Positions 8,938-20,061 of a stretch of 64,000 nt of DNA are shown here, piece after piece (the stretch's first letter is position 1; each line of letters starts with the position of its first letter). A program made the translations under genes and the position numbers. This stretch comes from Clostridia bacterium (lineage in GTDB: Bacteria > Bacillota > Clostridia > Christensenellales > CAG-138): the NCBI GenBank assembly GCA_017545535.1, contig JAFWMS010000002.1:31116-95115 (forward strand). Direction: 5' to 3'. The notes under the pieces are model-generated. The model had not been told where the DNA came from. It made no database searches and saw only the letters and a list, made by a program, of their open reading frames with translations.

Positions 8938-10653
8938 ATGAAAAAGATCATTGCCCTATTTATCTGCATCTTCATGCTGCTGCTCCCCTGCCTGGTCCGG
9001 GCGGAGGAATCGCCCGCCACGCCCATCTCCTCCCTGGGGGATATGCGCAAGATCGCCCAGAACCCCTCAGGCCGGTACGAGCTCACCTGCGATATCGACA
9101 TGTCGGCGACGGAGACGCCCTGGACGCCCATCCCCTTTTCTGGGGAGCTGGACGGGAAAGGGCATGGGCTCTACAACCTGCGGATAAGGACCACGGGCGA
9201 GGACACTGCCGAGACCTATGACGGGAACCGCAAAAGGTACACCTCTGTCTTCGGAGGGCTCTTCTCCATCCTGGACGGGGCGCGGGTATCGAATCTGACC
9301 ATCGTCAACGCCACCGTCTTTGTGGACACGGATCAGCACTGCTTCCTGGGGGCGCTGGCAGGGTACGCCCAAAACGCCGTCATCGAAAACTGCACCGTCC
9401 AGACCCGGAACCGTTTGACCCTCACCTCCATCAACGCGGGCGTGGGGGGACTGGTGGGCTTCTCCTTTATGAGCAAGTTTACCGATTGCGCGGTGGACGC
9501 AGAGCTCGTTTTCACCGACGTCAATCAAGAGGTCCTCTGCGAGGAATTTTTAGGGGGTGTCTACGCCTCCGGCTGCGGAAGTATCGATCGTTGTGACGTT
9601 CGGGTCCGGGGCTTTGCCGAGGTGTACGGGTACGCTCACAGCGGCGGGGTCATCGGTATGCACAAGCTGCAACATGGATCGGATCCTCTTTCCCGCCTCG
9701 CCAATACCACCGTGGATGCCGAGATCACCTTCTTTGAGATCACCCGCTCCCGACGGGCGTACTGCACGCCATATGTCGGCGAGAATCCCGGAAAAGACTG
9801 CCGGGTCGTGGATTGTACTATCAGCAATTTCAAGAAGACCGAGGTAAAAAAAGCCGAGCCTCTGTCGCCGGAGAAATGCGATGCTCCCCGATACACCAGC
9901 GAGATCGTGGAACCCACCTGCACGGAATGGGGGTACACCGTCTATACCTGCACCGGCTGCGGCTATAGCTTTAAGGACGAGTACATCGCCCCTGAACACC
10001 AGTACCAGGTGGTGGAGACCGTGCCGGCCACCTGCACCGAGGAGGGGATGGAGACCCTCCGTTGCGTGGGCTGCGGCGACAGCTTCACCCGATCGCTGCC
10101 TGCCGCCGGGCATCGGTATCAAGAGACCGTTCTGGAGCCCACCTGCACTGAGGCTGGGGCGCGGGTGTTCACCTGCGAGGTCTGCGGCGAAAGCTATTCG
10201 GAGGAGATCCCCGCCAAGGGGCACGTGCCCGGGGAATGGGTCACGAGCCGGGAGCCTGAAATCGACGTAGAGGGCGAAGAGCAGCAGCTGTGCAGCGTCT
10301 GCGGGGCCGTGGTGGAGGCCCGGGCGCTGCCGCCGATCCCCTACACCCATGCGGAGTGGATCCAGCTGGACAGCGAAACCCTGTCTCTGACCAGCGGGAG
10401 CACCGGGCACCTGGCCGTGGAGGTGTTCCCGGAGGACGCCACGGATCGTACCGTCAGCTTCACCAGCTCCGACGAGGCCGTGGCCACGGCCCGCCCCGAC
10501 GGGACGGTCCTGGCCGAGAAGCCGGGCATCGCCACACTCACCTGCCTCAGCGCCGATGGGCGGGCATCCGCCACCTGTCAGGTGACGGTCCGCTACACCA
10601 CGTGGCAGTGGGTGCGGCATTACGTTCTGTTCGGATGGCTTTGGGAAGAATGA
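8938..10653 (+). CDS. Secreted/anchored protein: signal peptide, GLUG-like beta-helix region, CxxxG..CxxCG repeats, Big_2 Ig-like domain, C-terminal hydrophobic tail
   Basis: Signal peptide MKKIIALFICIFMLLLPCLVRAEE and GVGGLVGF-type motifs. Three full PTCTExG..C..CG repeats plus one partial. The Big_2-like segment is LSLTSGSTGHLAVEVFPEDATDRTVSFTSSDEAVA. Confidence 0.6.
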   Translation: MKKIIALFICIFMLLLPCLVRAEESPATPISSLGDMRKIAQNPSGRYELTCDIDMSATETPWTPIPFSGELDGKGHGLYNLRIRTTGEDTAETYDGNRKRYTSVFGGLFSILDGARVSNLTIVNATVFVDTDQHCFLGALAGYAQNAVIENCTVQTRNRLTLTSINAGVGGLVGFSFMSKFTDCAVDAELVFTDVNQEVLCEEFLGGVYASGCGSIDRCDVRVRGFAEVYGYAHSGGVIGMHKLQHGSDPLSRLANTTVDAEITFFEITRSRRAYCTPYVGENPGKDCRVVDCTISNFKKTEVKKAEPLSPEKCDAPRYTSEIVEPTCTEWGYTVYTCTGCGYSFKDEYIAPEHQYQVVETVPATCTEEGMETLRCVGCGDSFTRSLPAAGHRYQETVLEPTCTEAGARVFTCEVCGESYSEEIPAKGHVPGEWVTSREPEIDVEGEEQQLCSVCGAVVEARALPPIPYTHAEWIQLDSETLSLTSGSTGHLAVEVFPEDATDRTVSFTSSDEAVATARPDGTVLAEKPGIATLTCLSADGRASATCQVTVRYTTWQWVRHYVLFGWLWEE

Positions 10654-10723
10654 GGAATTGATTTTTGCCGCCATTTCCCTTCAGACGAAAGAGAAACAGC
10701 GGCAGAAAAAACAAAATGCAAGA

Positions 10724-10761
10724 GGGGCATACCTTTCGCAGGGAAGGATATGCCCCTTTTT
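10724..10761 (+). terminator. Rho-independent terminator
   Basis: GGGGCATACCTT / AAGGaTATGCCCC stem followed by TTTTT. Confidence 0.7.
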
Positions 10762-10913
10762 GGTTTCTCTTTTTGGGCGACTTTTCTTCTTTGCACAAGG
10801 AGAAAAAGCCGCAAAAAACATTAACAATCAGTAAAAAAAGAGGCAAAACCCAGCGAGCCGGGCACAAGGTGTGGTATACTGGCCTGTAAGATTTGGGAGG
10901 AAAGGCACAAGAT

Positions 10914-12878
10914 ATGGAATCCAACTACAGTGTTTCCAATATAACGGTCATGGAGGGCCTGGATGCGGTGCGTATGCGGCCCGGCATGTACATCGGCACC
11001 ACGGGCCCCAAGGGGCTCCACCATCTGCTGTGGGAGATCGTGGACAACGCCATCGACGAGGCGGCCAACGGCTATGCCAACGAGATTAACGTGACCTTGA
11101 ATAAGGACGGTTCCGCCACGGTCTTCGACAACGGCCGGGGCATCCCCGTGGGCATTCACGAGAAGATGGGCGTGTCCGGTGTGGAGGTGGTCTTCACCCA
11201 GCTCCACGCCGGCGGCAAGTTCGGCTACGACTCCTACGGCTACTCCGGCGGCCTCCACGGCGTGGGCGCCTCCGTGGTGAACGCCCTGTCCCGGTGGGTC
11301 ACCGTGGAGGTGTTCACCCAGAACCGGTCCTATAAGCAGGAGTTCGAAAGCGCCGAGGGCCCCGACGGGAAGATCGTCTCCGGCCGGCCCAAGTACCCCC
11401 TCACGGAGACGGGCCGGACCCGGAAGCAGGGCTCTCTCATCACCTTTTTGCCCGATGATCGGGTGTTCGAGACCGTGGAATGGAACTACGACGTGATCAT
11501 GCGTCGGTTGCGGGAGCTGGCGTATTTGAACCGGGGCGTGAAGCTGACGCTGGAGGATCAGCGGCCCGGGAAGAAGGACCGCCGGGACGAGTTCTGCTTC
11601 GAGGGCGGGCTTTCCGATTTCGTCCGGTATCTGAACAGCGAGAGCACGCCCCTCTACGACACGCCCATCCATATCGGCGGCAAGAGCGGCGACATCCTGG
11701 TGGACCTGGCCATCCAGCATAACGACGGCTACACGGAGAACCTGTTCTCCTACGTGAACAACATTCCCACCTCCGAGGGCGGCACCCACGAGACCGGCTT
11801 CAAGGCGGCCTTCACCAAGTGCATGAACGACTACTGCCGTCGGACCGGGCTCATCAAAGACAAGGATCCGTCCCTGGCCGGGGAGGATTTCCGGGAGGGG
11901 CTGACGGTGGTCCTGTCCGTGAAGATGCGGAACATCCAGTTCGAGGGGCAGACCAAGACCAAGCTGGGCAACACCGAGGCCCGGCCCGCCGTGGAGGCGG
12001 TGGTGACCCAGGAGCTCAGCCGATTCCTGGAGGATATCAAGAACGCTTCCACCGGCAACATCATCGCCGACAAGGCCATCAAGGCCAGCAAAGCCCGCCA
12101 GGCCGCCCGGAAGGCCAAAGAGAACGCCCGGGAGAAGAACAAGCTGGAGAACGCGCCCCTGGTGGGCAAGCTCAGCAGCTGCACCGGCCGGAACTACGCC
12201 ATCAACGAGCTGTTCATCGTGGAGGGCGATTCCGCCGGCGGGTCGGCGAAACAGGGCCGGGACCGCCGGTTCCAGGCCATATTGCCCCTCAGGGGCAAGC
12301 CGTTGAACGTGGAGAAGAAGCGCCTCGAACAGGTCCTCCAAAACGAGGAGTTCCGCTCCATCATCACGGCTCTCGGCACGGGCATCGGCGAGGACTTCGA
12401 CATCACCAACCTGAAATACGACAAGGTCATCATCCTGGCGGATGCGGACCAGGACGGCGCCCACATCCGGGCCATCCTCCTCACCTTCTTCTACCGGTAC
12501 ATGCGGGAGCTCATCAACCAGGGCCACGTGTATATCGGCATGGCCCCCCTCTATCGGGTGCAAAAGAAGGACGAGAAGCCCATCTACTGCTACGACGATC
12601 CGGCGCTGAAGCAGGCGCTCAAGTCCGTGGGCAAGAACTACACCCTCCAGCGGTACAAGGGTCTGGGCGAAATGAACCCGGAGCAGCTGTGGGAGACCAC
12701 CATGGACCCGTCGGCTCGTCGGCTCACCCGGGTGCATATCGAGGACGCGGCGGACGTGGAGCATCTGGTGACGGTGCTCATGGGGGACAAGGTCCAGTCC
12801 CGGAAGGAGTACATCTTCTCCTACGCCGATTTCAACAAGGACAAGACCGCTTTTGAGAAGCTGAGAGAACGGCAATGA
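10914..12878 (+). CDS. parE: Type IIA topoisomerase ATPase subunit, ParE-like (topoisomerase IV subunit B; GyrB not excluded)
   Basis: [51 protein letters not shown] and [10 protein letters not shown]. Segments [27 protein letters not shown] and [12 protein letters not shown] resemble Bacillus ParE (from memory) more than GyrB. ATG 10914 follows gggagga. Confidence 0.65.
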   Translation: MESNYSVSNITVMEGLDAVRMRPGMYIGTTGPKGLHHLLWEIVDNAIDEAANGYANEINVTLNKDGSATVFDNGRGIPVGIHEKMGVSGVEVVFTQLHAGGKFGYDSYGYSGGLHGVGASVVNALSRWVTVEVFTQNRSYKQEFESAEGPDGKIVSGRPKYPLTETGRTRKQGSLITFLPDDRVFETVEWNYDVIMRRLRELAYLNRGVKLTLEDQRPGKKDRRDEFCFEGGLSDFVRYLNSESTPLYDTPIHIGGKSGDILVDLAIQHNDGYTENLFSYVNNIPTSEGGTHETGFKAAFTKCMNDYCRRTGLIKDKDPSLAGEDFREGLTVVLSVKMRNIQFEGQTKTKLGNTEARPAVEAVVTQELSRFLEDIKNASTGNIIADKAIKASKARQAARKAKENAREKNKLENAPLVGKLSSCTGRNYAINELFIVEGDSAGGSAKQGRDRRFQAILPLRGKPLNVEKKRLEQVLQNEEFRSIITALGTGIGEDFDITNLKYDKVIILADADQDGAHIRAILLTFFYRYMRELINQGHVYIGMAPLYRVQKKDEKPIYCYDDPALKQALKSVGKNYTLQRYKGLGEMNPEQLWETTMDPSARRLTRVHIEDAADVEHLVTVLMGDKVQSRKEYIFSYADFNKDKTAFEKLRERQ

Positions 12879-15295
12879 AAAAGAATCCTGAAGAACCGAA
12901 GAAGGAGGAGATCATCCTCTACCGCAGCATGGACGAGGTCATGCACGACTCCATGATCCCCTACGCGGAGCACGTCATTTTGGAGCGGGCCCTGCCCCGG
13001 GTGGAGGACGGCTTGAAGCCCGTCCAGCGGCGCATCCTCTACACCATGATGGAGCTGGGCCTGTCCCCGGACAAGCCCCACCGAAAGAGCGCCCGCATCG
13101 TGGGCGACTGCTTGGGCAAATACCACCCCCACGGCGACAGCTCCGTCTACGAGGCCATGGTCCACATGGCCCAGCCCTTCGCCATGAGTTTGCCCCTGGT
13201 GGACGGCCACGGCAACTTCGGCTCCATCGACGGGGACTCCGCCGCCGCCATGCGGTACACCGAGGCCAGGATGACCAACGCCGCCATGCAGCTGCTTCGG
13301 GACATCGACCTCGATACGGTGGACTATTCGTTGAACTTCGACGACACCCTGAAGGAGCCGGACCTGCTGCCCGGCCGGTTCCCCAACCTGCTCATCAACG
13401 GGGCCACGGGCATCGCCGTGGGCCTCGCTACCAACATCCCGCCCCACAACCCGGGGGAGGCCATCGACGCGGCGGTGGCCATGATCGACGATCCCCGGGT
13501 GAGCCTCAAAAAGCTTATGGAGATCATGCCCGGGCCGGACTTCCCCACGGGGGGCTACCTCATCGACTCGACGGAGCTGGCCACGGCCTATGAAACGGGC
13601 CGGGGGAAGCTGACCATGCGGGCCAAGACCCACTTCGAACAGCTGAAGAACGGGAAGACCCTCATCGTCATCACCGAGATCCCCTACGGCATCAACAAGG
13701 CGGCGGCCCTGCAAAAGATTTTGGCCGTGACCCAGGAGAAGAAGGCCATGTTCTCCGGTGTCGCCGACATCCGGGACGAATCGGACCGGCAGGGCATGCG
13801 GGCGGTCATCGAGGTGAAGAAGGATGCGGACCCGGAGAAGATCCTCCAGGCCCTGTTCAAGTATTCGGATCTCCAGTGCACCTTCGGCGTGAACATGACC
13901 GCCATCGCCGAGGGCAAGCCCCAGCAGCTGGACCTTAAGAGCATCCTCAAATACTTCATCGGCCATCAGCGGAATGTGATCACCCGGCGTACAAAGTGCG
14001 AGCTGGAGACGGCCCGCCGCCGGGAGCACATCCTGGAGGGCCTCATGGTGGCGGTGGACCACGTGGACGCGGTCATCAAGCTGATCCGGGGCAGCAAGTC
14101 CCCCAAGGAGGCCAAGGAAAAGCTGATGGCGAAATACGGCCTCAGCGAAGTTCAGGCCCAGGCCATCCTGGATCTGCGCCTGCAGCGGCTTACGAATTTG
14201 GAATTGGTGGCCATCGAGAAGGAGTATCATGACGTCCAGCGGCGGATCGCCGAGCTGGAAGGGATACTGGCCTCCGATCGGAAGCTCATGGCCCTCATCA
14301 AGAAGGAGCTTTTGGACATCAAGAAGCTGTTCCCCATCCCCCGCCGGACCCAGATCGTGAAGGGGGACACCCGGATCGAGCTGCCAGACGAGGGAGCCCC
14401 GGCAACGGAGGAGATGGCCGTGGCCTTCTGCGCGGATCTGAAGGTGCGCAAGTGGCCCTCCCGGCTCTTCACCTTGGCCGAGATCAGCGCCGACAAGCCC
14501 TGGCGGGTGGTGAAGATCATGGGCGACGGGAAGCTCCGCCTGTTCACGGACCGGGGGGACATGCTGATCCTGAACGTCAGCGACATCCCCGAGACCCGGC
14601 CCACGGCCCGGGCGGTGAGCCTCACTTCGCTCCTGGCCTTTGAGAAAAACGAGCAGATCGTGGCCGTCTTCGGCGAGGACGGAGAGGGGGACTACCTCTT
14701 CTACACCGCCGGGGGCGCCGTGAAGCGGACCGCCTGCCAGGAGTACGCCGTGCGGGTGAAGCGGACCGCGGCCTTGAATCTGAAGGATAAAGATAAACTG
14801 ATCGGTGTGGAGAAGGCCAACGGCCTGAGCCTGCTGCTGGTGACGGAAAAGGGCATGAGCATCCGCTTCGAGGCTCAGGAGGTACCCTCCATGGGCCGGG
14901 TGTCCTCGGGCGTGCGGGGCATCAAGCTGGACGAGGGGGACAGGGTCCTATACGCCGGGCAAACCGACGACGAAGGGGAGCTGGCCCTGGTCACGGACCG
15001 GGGGTTCTCCAAGCGGTCCTTCCTCTTTGAGTACGAGCCCCAGGGCCGGGGCGGGAAGGGCCTCAAGACCTTCGACTTCAACAAGAAGGGCAGCAACGGC
15101 ACCCGGCTCGTCTGGGCCGCGCCGGTGAAGGAGCCCTATGACATCGTCATCGTCCAGCGGCGGAGCCCGGAGACGAACCTGAACACGGAGCAGCTGCGGC
15201 TGGAGGACCGATTCTCCAAGGGAACCATGGCGGTCCAGGTGCTCCTGGACGACGACGTGGTGGGCGTGCGGCCGGTGCTGGCGGGAAAAATCTGA
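12875..15295 (+). CDS. parC: Type IIA topoisomerase DNA-cleavage subunit, ParC-like (topoisomerase IV subunit A; GyrA not excluded)
   Basis: [27 protein letters not shown] and the catalytic [10 protein letters not shown]. There is no GyrA-box (QxxGGxG) at the first C-terminal blade; the only QGRGGKG lies in a late blade. ATGA overlap with the upstream subunit. Confidence 0.65.
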   Translation: MKKNPEEPKKEEIILYRSMDEVMHDSMIPYAEHVILERALPRVEDGLKPVQRRILYTMMELGLSPDKPHRKSARIVGDCLGKYHPHGDSSVYEAMVHMAQPFAMSLPLVDGHGNFGSIDGDSAAAMRYTEARMTNAAMQLLRDIDLDTVDYSLNFDDTLKEPDLLPGRFPNLLINGATGIAVGLATNIPPHNPGEAIDAAVAMIDDPRVSLKKLMEIMPGPDFPTGGYLIDSTELATAYETGRGKLTMRAKTHFEQLKNGKTLIVITEIPYGINKAAALQKILAVTQEKKAMFSGVADIRDESDRQGMRAVIEVKKDADPEKILQALFKYSDLQCTFGVNMTAIAEGKPQQLDLKSILKYFIGHQRNVITRRTKCELETARRREHILEGLMVAVDHVDAVIKLIRGSKSPKEAKEKLMAKYGLSEVQAQAILDLRLQRLTNLELVAIEKEYHDVQRRIAELEGILASDRKLMALIKKELLDIKKLFPIPRRTQIVKGDTRIELPDEGAPATEEMAVAFCADLKVRKWPSRLFTLAEISADKPWRVVKIMGDGKLRLFTDRGDMLILNVSDIPETRPTARAVSLTSLLAFEKNEQIVAVFGEDGEGDYLFYTAGGAVKRTACQEYAVRVKRTAALNLKDKDKLIGVEKANGLSLLLVTEKGMSIRFEAQEVPSMGRVSSGVRGIKLDEGDRVLYAGQTDDEGELALVTDRGFSKRSFLFEYEPQGRGGKGLKTFDFNKKGSNGTRLVWAAPVKEPYDIVIVQRRSPETNLNTEQLRLEDRFSKGTMAVQVLLDDDVVGVRPVLAGKI

Positions 15296-15365
15296 AAGCC
15301 TCTGCAACCTGAGAGGACCGAAGCCGGTGTTACTGGTGAAGACACCACAAGGGAGGAAACAAAAT

Positions 15366-16433
15366 ATGAAGCGCATGAAAGCGTTTGTTGCGATCCTGTT
15401 AGTTTTGAGCATGGCGTTGGTGTTTGCAGGCTGCGGCAGCAGAAAGTCCGCGAGCTACGACAGCGCCCGGGAGTACGGATATTACGCCGAGCCCGAGGCG
15501 GCCTACGACGTGGAGATGCCCATGGAGGCGGCGGTCATGGACGAGGGGTACGCCCTCAGCTCCAACGCCAAGTCGGCCAAGGCCGCCGGCATGGTGTCCA
15601 CCACCAGCGCCCAGGACGATGGAGCGGCGGAGAATTTGACCGGGAACGCCGCGGGCCGGAAGATCATCAAAAACGGGGACCTGTCCATCCAGACCCGGGA
15701 GTTCGACGAGTTTTTGACCAGCCTGAACCGGGCTATCGCCGCCGTGGGCGGGTACGTGGAAGCCTCCAGCGTCAACGGGAACAGCTACAACAGGAACCGG
15801 ATGCGGTCCGCGGAAGTGACCGCCCGTATCCCGGCGGAGAGCCTGGACAGCTTCTGCGACCAGGTGTCCGATCTGGGAAACGTGACCTATAAGAACCTGT
15901 ACACCCGGGACGTGACATTGACCTACGTGGACCTGGAAAGCCACGTGAAGGCCCTTCGGACCGAGCAGCAGACGCTGATGGACCTGCTGGCGCAAGCCAA
16001 GCGGGTGGATGACATCATCACCATCCAGAGCCGGCTCTCCGACGTGCTCTATGAGATCGAGAGCTATGAGTCCACTCTCCGCACCTTCGACGACCAGATC
16101 GCCTACTCCTCCGTGCACCTCAGCATTCAGGAAGTGGCCCGGGAGACCGCTGTGGAGAAGGAGACCGCTTCTCAGGAGATCGCCCGCCGGTTCCGGGAGA
16201 ACTGGGAGGACGTGAAGGAGGGCGCGACCCGGTTCGGCATCAACATCGTGTCCGATTTGCCGGTGATCCTGGTTTGGATCGTGTTCCTGGGCGTCCTCGT
16301 CCTCGTCGTCATGCTGATCGTGAAGGGCGCCCCCAAGCGGAAGGAAAAGCGGGAGCGCCGCCGGGCCCTGAAGCGCCAGAAGGCCTATCAGGAGGCCCAG
16401 GCGAAGGAACAGGCGAAAACGAAGGCGGAATAA
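15366..16433 (+). CDS. DUF4349-type lipoprotein with C-terminal TM helix
   Basis: Lipobox MKRMKAFVAILLVLSMALVFAGC. RKIIKNGDLSIQTREFDEF..ARIPAESLDSF is typical of DUF4349. The tail is TM plus Lys/Glu-rich. SD gggagga precedes ATG 15366. Confidence 0.7.
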   Translation: MKRMKAFVAILLVLSMALVFAGCGSRKSASYDSAREYGYYAEPEAAYDVEMPMEAAVMDEGYALSSNAKSAKAAGMVSTTSAQDDGAAENLTGNAAGRKIIKNGDLSIQTREFDEFLTSLNRAIAAVGGYVEASSVNGNSYNRNRMRSAEVTARIPAESLDSFCDQVSDLGNVTYKNLYTRDVTLTYVDLESHVKALRTEQQTLMDLLAQAKRVDDIITIQSRLSDVLYEIESYESTLRTFDDQIAYSSVHLSIQEVARETAVEKETASQEIARRFRENWEDVKEGATRFGINIVSDLPVILVWIVFLGVLVLVVMLIVKGAPKRKEKRERRRALKRQKAYQEAQAKEQAKTKAE

Positions 16434-16518
16434 GGCAGCGCGCCCCCGCTTCGCTTCGGCAAAGGGAATCCCGCCTTTGCGTTGAAAAACGGAAGCGGAT
16501 GGGCCAAAACAAAAGAAA

Positions 16519-16558
16519 ATAGGGAATGTGGGTTTTCCACAGTCCCTATTTTTTTTTC
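16519..16558. terminator. Bidirectional terminator between convergent genes
   Basis: ATAGGGAATGTGG / CCACAGTCCCTAT stem, flanked by an A-run and a T-run. Confidence 0.6.
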
Positions 16559-16608
16559 TTGCTTCTCTATTTTTAATTCGTCGAAGAGAAGAAGGAACAA
16601 AAGCCCCG

Positions 16609-18303
16609 TCAGTACCTCTCCCGTATCTCCTCGATCACATGCCCCAGGGAGGCGGCCACGGCCCCGTCCCGGAAGGGGTTCATAAGGTTCCCCACCTCCA
16701 ACAGCTCGAAGTACCCCTTGGTGCCGCCGGCCCGGCAGAGCCGCAGATAGTCCGCCCAGGCCGCCGCCCGGTCCATCTTCATGCGGCCGTAGTACTGGAA
16801 GGCGCACATCTGGGCCAGGGCGTAGTCGATGTAATAGAACGGGTAGAGGAAGATGTGCTGCTTCTGCATCCAGAACCCGCCCTCCTCCAGGAAGGGCTCC
16901 CCGTCGTAGTCCCGCCAGGGCATGTACTCCCGTTCGATGGCCCGCCACACCTGCCGCCGCTCCCGGGCGCTCATGTCCGGCTTCTCGTACATCCTATGCT
17001 GGAACTCGTCCACCACGCACATGTAGGGGATCACGCTGAGGGCGCCGATCAGGTGGCCCGTCAGATATTTTTCGCTGTTCTTTCCGAAGAAGCCCTCCAT
17101 CCAGGGGTAGGCGAAGTGCTCCATGGTCATGGAATGGATCTCGTTGATCTCCGAGGTGGAGCCGGAGAGCATGCTCACAGGGATGGACCGCATGGCCAGA
17201 TACCCCTGGAAGGCGTGGCCCGCCTCGTGGGTGAGCACGTCCACGTCCGCGCTGGTGCCGTTGAAGTTGCTGAAGATGAAGGGCGCCTTGTAGCCCGGGA
17301 AGCGGGTCATGTAGCCGCCCATGCGCTTGCCGGGCCGGGTTTCCAGGTCGAACAGGTGATACTTCACCATGAACTCGAAGAACGCCCCGGTCTCGGGGCT
17401 CATCTCCCGGTACATGGCAAGGGCCTTTTCGACCAGCTCCTCCATGGATCCCTCCGGGTCCGCGTTTCCCTCGGGGAAGAGGAGGGCCTCGTCGTAATAG
17501 CAGAGCCTGTCCAGGCCCAGGATCTGCCGCTGCCGCTCCCGGATGGCGGCCACCGCCGGGGTGACGATCTCCTTGATCTGCCGGCGGAAGGCGGCGTCGT
17601 CGTCCTTCGTGTAGTCGAACCGGCGCCGGTCCAGATAGGCCAGGTCCGTGTAGCTCGAAAAGCCCAGGGTGCGGGCCATCTTGTCCCGAAGGTGCACCAG
17701 CTCGTCGTATTCGGCGTCCAGCTGCTGGCTGATCTTCTCATACAGGGCGGCCCAGGCGTGGAAGGCCTCCTTCCGCTCCTGCCGATCCGGGCTCTCCATG
17801 TGCTTGAGGAGGCCGTAGAAGTTGCATTGTTCTCCCCGGAATTCCGTGGCGGCCAGGGCGCTGTCCTTCTGGTACTGCTGGCACAGGTCCCCCTCCCGGA
17901 TCAGGTCCGGGATGATCCGCTCGTCGCTGGTCTTGAGGCCCGCGTCGATGAGCCGGAACATCTGTTTGCCGAACTCCGCCTCGAACTCCGGCCGGAAGGG
18001 GCTCTCCGCCAACGCCTGCCGATAGGCCTTGCCCAGGGGGATCAGGGAGGCGTTCTGGGTGCGAAGCCACTTCATCTCCCCGTCGTAGAAGGGGTCCGTG
18101 GTGTCGATGGTGTTGCGCACGGAGCAGAGCACGGCCATGGTGGCCCGCCGCTCCTCCGCGTCCTGCAGGGCGAAGAAGGCGGAGCGGGCCTCAGCGTAGC
18201 TTTGGGCCTCCTTCAGCTTCTTCGCGGTGTCCCGGTAGGCGGCCCTCAGGGCCTCAAAATCCGGCCGGGCGTAGGGCATGTCCCGAAAATCCACCATTTC
18301 CAT
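16609..18303 (-). CDS. pepF: M3-family oligoendopeptidase (PepF-like)
   Basis: 564 aa with the zinc motif VLTHEAGHAF and M3-type length and layout. Confidence 0.85.
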   Translation of the reverse strand: MEMVDFRDMPYARPDFEALRAAYRDTAKKLKEAQSYAEARSAFFALQDAEERRATMAVLCSVRNTIDTTDPFYDGEMKWLRTQNASLIPLGKAYRQALAESPFRPEFEAEFGKQMFRLIDAGLKTSDERIIPDLIREGDLCQQYQKDSALAATEFRGEQCNFYGLLKHMESPDRQERKEAFHAWAALYEKISQQLDAEYDELVHLRDKMARTLGFSSYTDLAYLDRRRFDYTKDDDAAFRRQIKEIVTPAVAAIRERQRQILGLDRLCYYDEALLFPEGNADPEGSMEELVEKALAMYREMSPETGAFFEFMVKYHLFDLETRPGKRMGGYMTRFPGYKAPFIFSNFNGTSADVDVLTHEAGHAFQGYLAMRSIPVSMLSGSTSEINEIHSMTMEHFAYPWMEGFFGKNSEKYLTGHLIGALSVIPYMCVVDEFQHRMYEKPDMSARERRQVWRAIEREYMPWRDYDGEPFLEEGGFWMQKQHIFLYPFYYIDYALAQMCAFQYYGRMKMDRAAAWADYLRLCRAGGTKGYFELLEVGNLMNPFRDGAVAASLGHVIEEIRERY

Positions 18304-18397
18304 AGCAAATCCTCCCTTTGATCCGTTTGTTTAGATAGTACGGAAAAAACCGCCCCCTGTCAAGGAATCCGGCCCGGCTTTCCCCGAAAAACCGGGC

Positions 18398-19273
18398 TCA
18401 CCGGCCCGGCTTTTTGCGATAGTCCGCCCCGTATTGCAGGGGCTGTCCGCCGCTCTCGATGAGCTCCGTCACGGTGACCAGGTCGAACCCCTGTTCCTTC
18501 AGGTAGGGGATCACGGATCCCAGAGCCGTCACCGTGGTGGGGAGCCGGTCGTGAAAGAGGAGGATGGCCCCGTCCCTGGCTTCCTTTTTCACGATCTTCA
18601 GGATGGTCGCGGGGTTCTTGTTGCTCCAGTCCCGGGTGTCCACGGACCAGCGGACGCAGGCCACCTGCCCCTCCTGGCAGGCCCGGCGCAGGGCCTTATT
18701 CACGTACCCGTAGGGGGGCCGCAGCAGACGGATCTCGTACCCGCCCTCGATCTGGGCGGAGATCCGCGCCCGCATCTTTTCGATCCGCTTCCGGTTGGCG
18801 GCGGCGGAGAACCGGGTCAGATCGGCGTGGGTGAGATCGTGGCTGCCGATGTCGCAGCCCATGTCCGCCATCCGCTGCAGGATGGGCTTCGTCTTTTCGC
18901 TGAGGCTGCTGCCGATGACGAAAAAGGTGCCCCTGGCCCCGTATCGCTCCAAAAGGTCCAGGACCTGGTCGGTGTATTCCGTGGGCCCGTCGTCAAAGGT
19001 CAGGGCCACCATGGGCCGGTTCGGGTCCAAGGTGGGCTCCGGCGTGGGCGTGGGTTCCGGCGTGGGCGTGGGCGATGGCGTCGGCGTAGGGGAAGGCAGC
19101 GGCGTCACAGTGGGTCCCGGCGTCCGGGCGGTCACCGCCAGATTTCGGGTGGGCCCCACCGTGGCGGCAGGGGCCGTGGGGCAAGGCGTGGGCGCCGGCT
19201 CCAAGGCCACGATCTCCCCCCGGCAGCCCAGCAGCAGCCCCAGGGCCAGCAGGATGCAAAAAACTCGTTTCAT
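18398..19273 (-). CDS. Polysaccharide deacetylase (NodB domain) lipoprotein with Pro/Thr linker
   Basis: Lipobox LLLGC, linker PTPTPSPTPTPEPTPTPEPT and NodB motifs VALTFDDGP and HDLTH. Confidence 0.85.
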   Translation of the reverse strand: MKRVFCILLALGLLLGCRGEIVALEPAPTPCPTAPAATVGPTRNLAVTARTPGPTVTPLPSPTPTPSPTPTPEPTPTPEPTLDPNRPMVALTFDDGPTEYTDQVLDLLERYGARGTFFVIGSSLSEKTKPILQRMADMGCDIGSHDLTHADLTRFSAAANRKRIEKMRARISAQIEGGYEIRLLRPPYGYVNKALRRACQEGQVACVRWSVDTRDWSNKNPATILKIVKKEARDGAILLFHDRLPTTVTALGSVIPYLKEQGFDLVTVTELIESGGQPLQYGADYRKKPGR

Positions 19274-19347
19274 GGGGATAGAATACCACGTTTTTCGCCA
19301 AAAAATAACCCCCTCTCCCGCGGGAAGGGGGCGTTTCGGGAAAAAAC

Positions 19348-20061
19348 TTATTGTTCCGTAAACCGTTCCCGGGCGTGAAAGACCTGGCCGATAACGGCGT
19401 AGTTCCCAAAGACGGTGAGCTTGTCCCCCGGCTGAAACACGGTCCGGGCATTGGCGGGCTCCGCCTGGCGGCCCGGGTGCTCCACCAGCATGACCATGAT
19501 GTTGTGCTCCGTTTTCAGCCCCGATTCCGACAGGGGCTTGTTCTGCAGCTCCTCCGGCACCTCATTCAGGGACACCTGGGCGATGGTCTCCTGACCGATG
19601 TAGTCCATGGGCCAAAGGCTGTTGGCCGTGTCCCGGCCGGCGATGCGCCCCGCCAGCTGTTCGATGAGCCGGTCCCCCCAGGCCCGAACCGCGGGCACCC
19701 GCATGAAGGCCAGGATGAACAGGATCACCAGCACGGGGATCAGGCTGCTGATGAGATCCGCCGCCAGCTCCGAGATCTTCAGGGAGAAGAACACGTTGAT
19801 GAACGCGGACACGATGGTGATGTTGAACACGTACCCGAAGAGCATGGTGATCCGGGTCAGCCGCCGCCGGGGCCGGGTGGTCAGCAGCAGCTCGCTTTCG
19901 TGGGTGGTGAAGCCGCAGCCCGTGAGCAGGGAGATCACCTGAAACCGGGCCTTCTCCTCGGGCAGGCCCGTAAAGCGAAAGAGCATGGCGAACAGCTCCG
20001 AAATGATCCAGTAGCCCAATATGATCAGGGCGAACAGCGTAAAGGCAAGATAGATGTTCAT
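19348..20061 (-). CDS. Membrane protein with C-terminal TrkA-C (RCK_C) domain
   Basis: 237 aa with N-terminal TM helices. The C-terminal ...VSLNEVPEELQNKPLSESGL..VMLVEH..VFQPGDKLTVFG is RCK_C-like. Confidence 0.6.
   Translation of the reverse strand: MNIYLAFTLFALIILGYWIISELFAMLFRFTGLPEEKARFQVISLLTGCGFTTHESELLLTTRPRRRLTRITMLFGYVFNITIVSAFINVFFSLKISELAADLISSLIPVLVILFILAFMRVPAVRAWGDRLIEQLAGRIAGRDTANSLWPMDYIGQETIAQVSLNEVPEELQNKPLSESGLKTEHNIMVMLVEHPGRQAEPANARTVFQPGDKLTVFGNYAVIGQVFHARERFTEQ

Noticed and set aside
10914-15295. Using the topoisomerase pair as a marker that the window is next to oriC.
   Set aside because: No dnaA, dnaN, recF or DnaA-box cluster is nearby, and the pair looks like ParE/ParC.
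19020-19095. GC-rich short tandem DNA repeats (ggcgtgggcgtggg..).
   Set aside because: They simply encode the Pro/Thr linker (PTPTPSPTPTPEPTPTPEPT) of the deacetylase lipoprotein on the minus strand.
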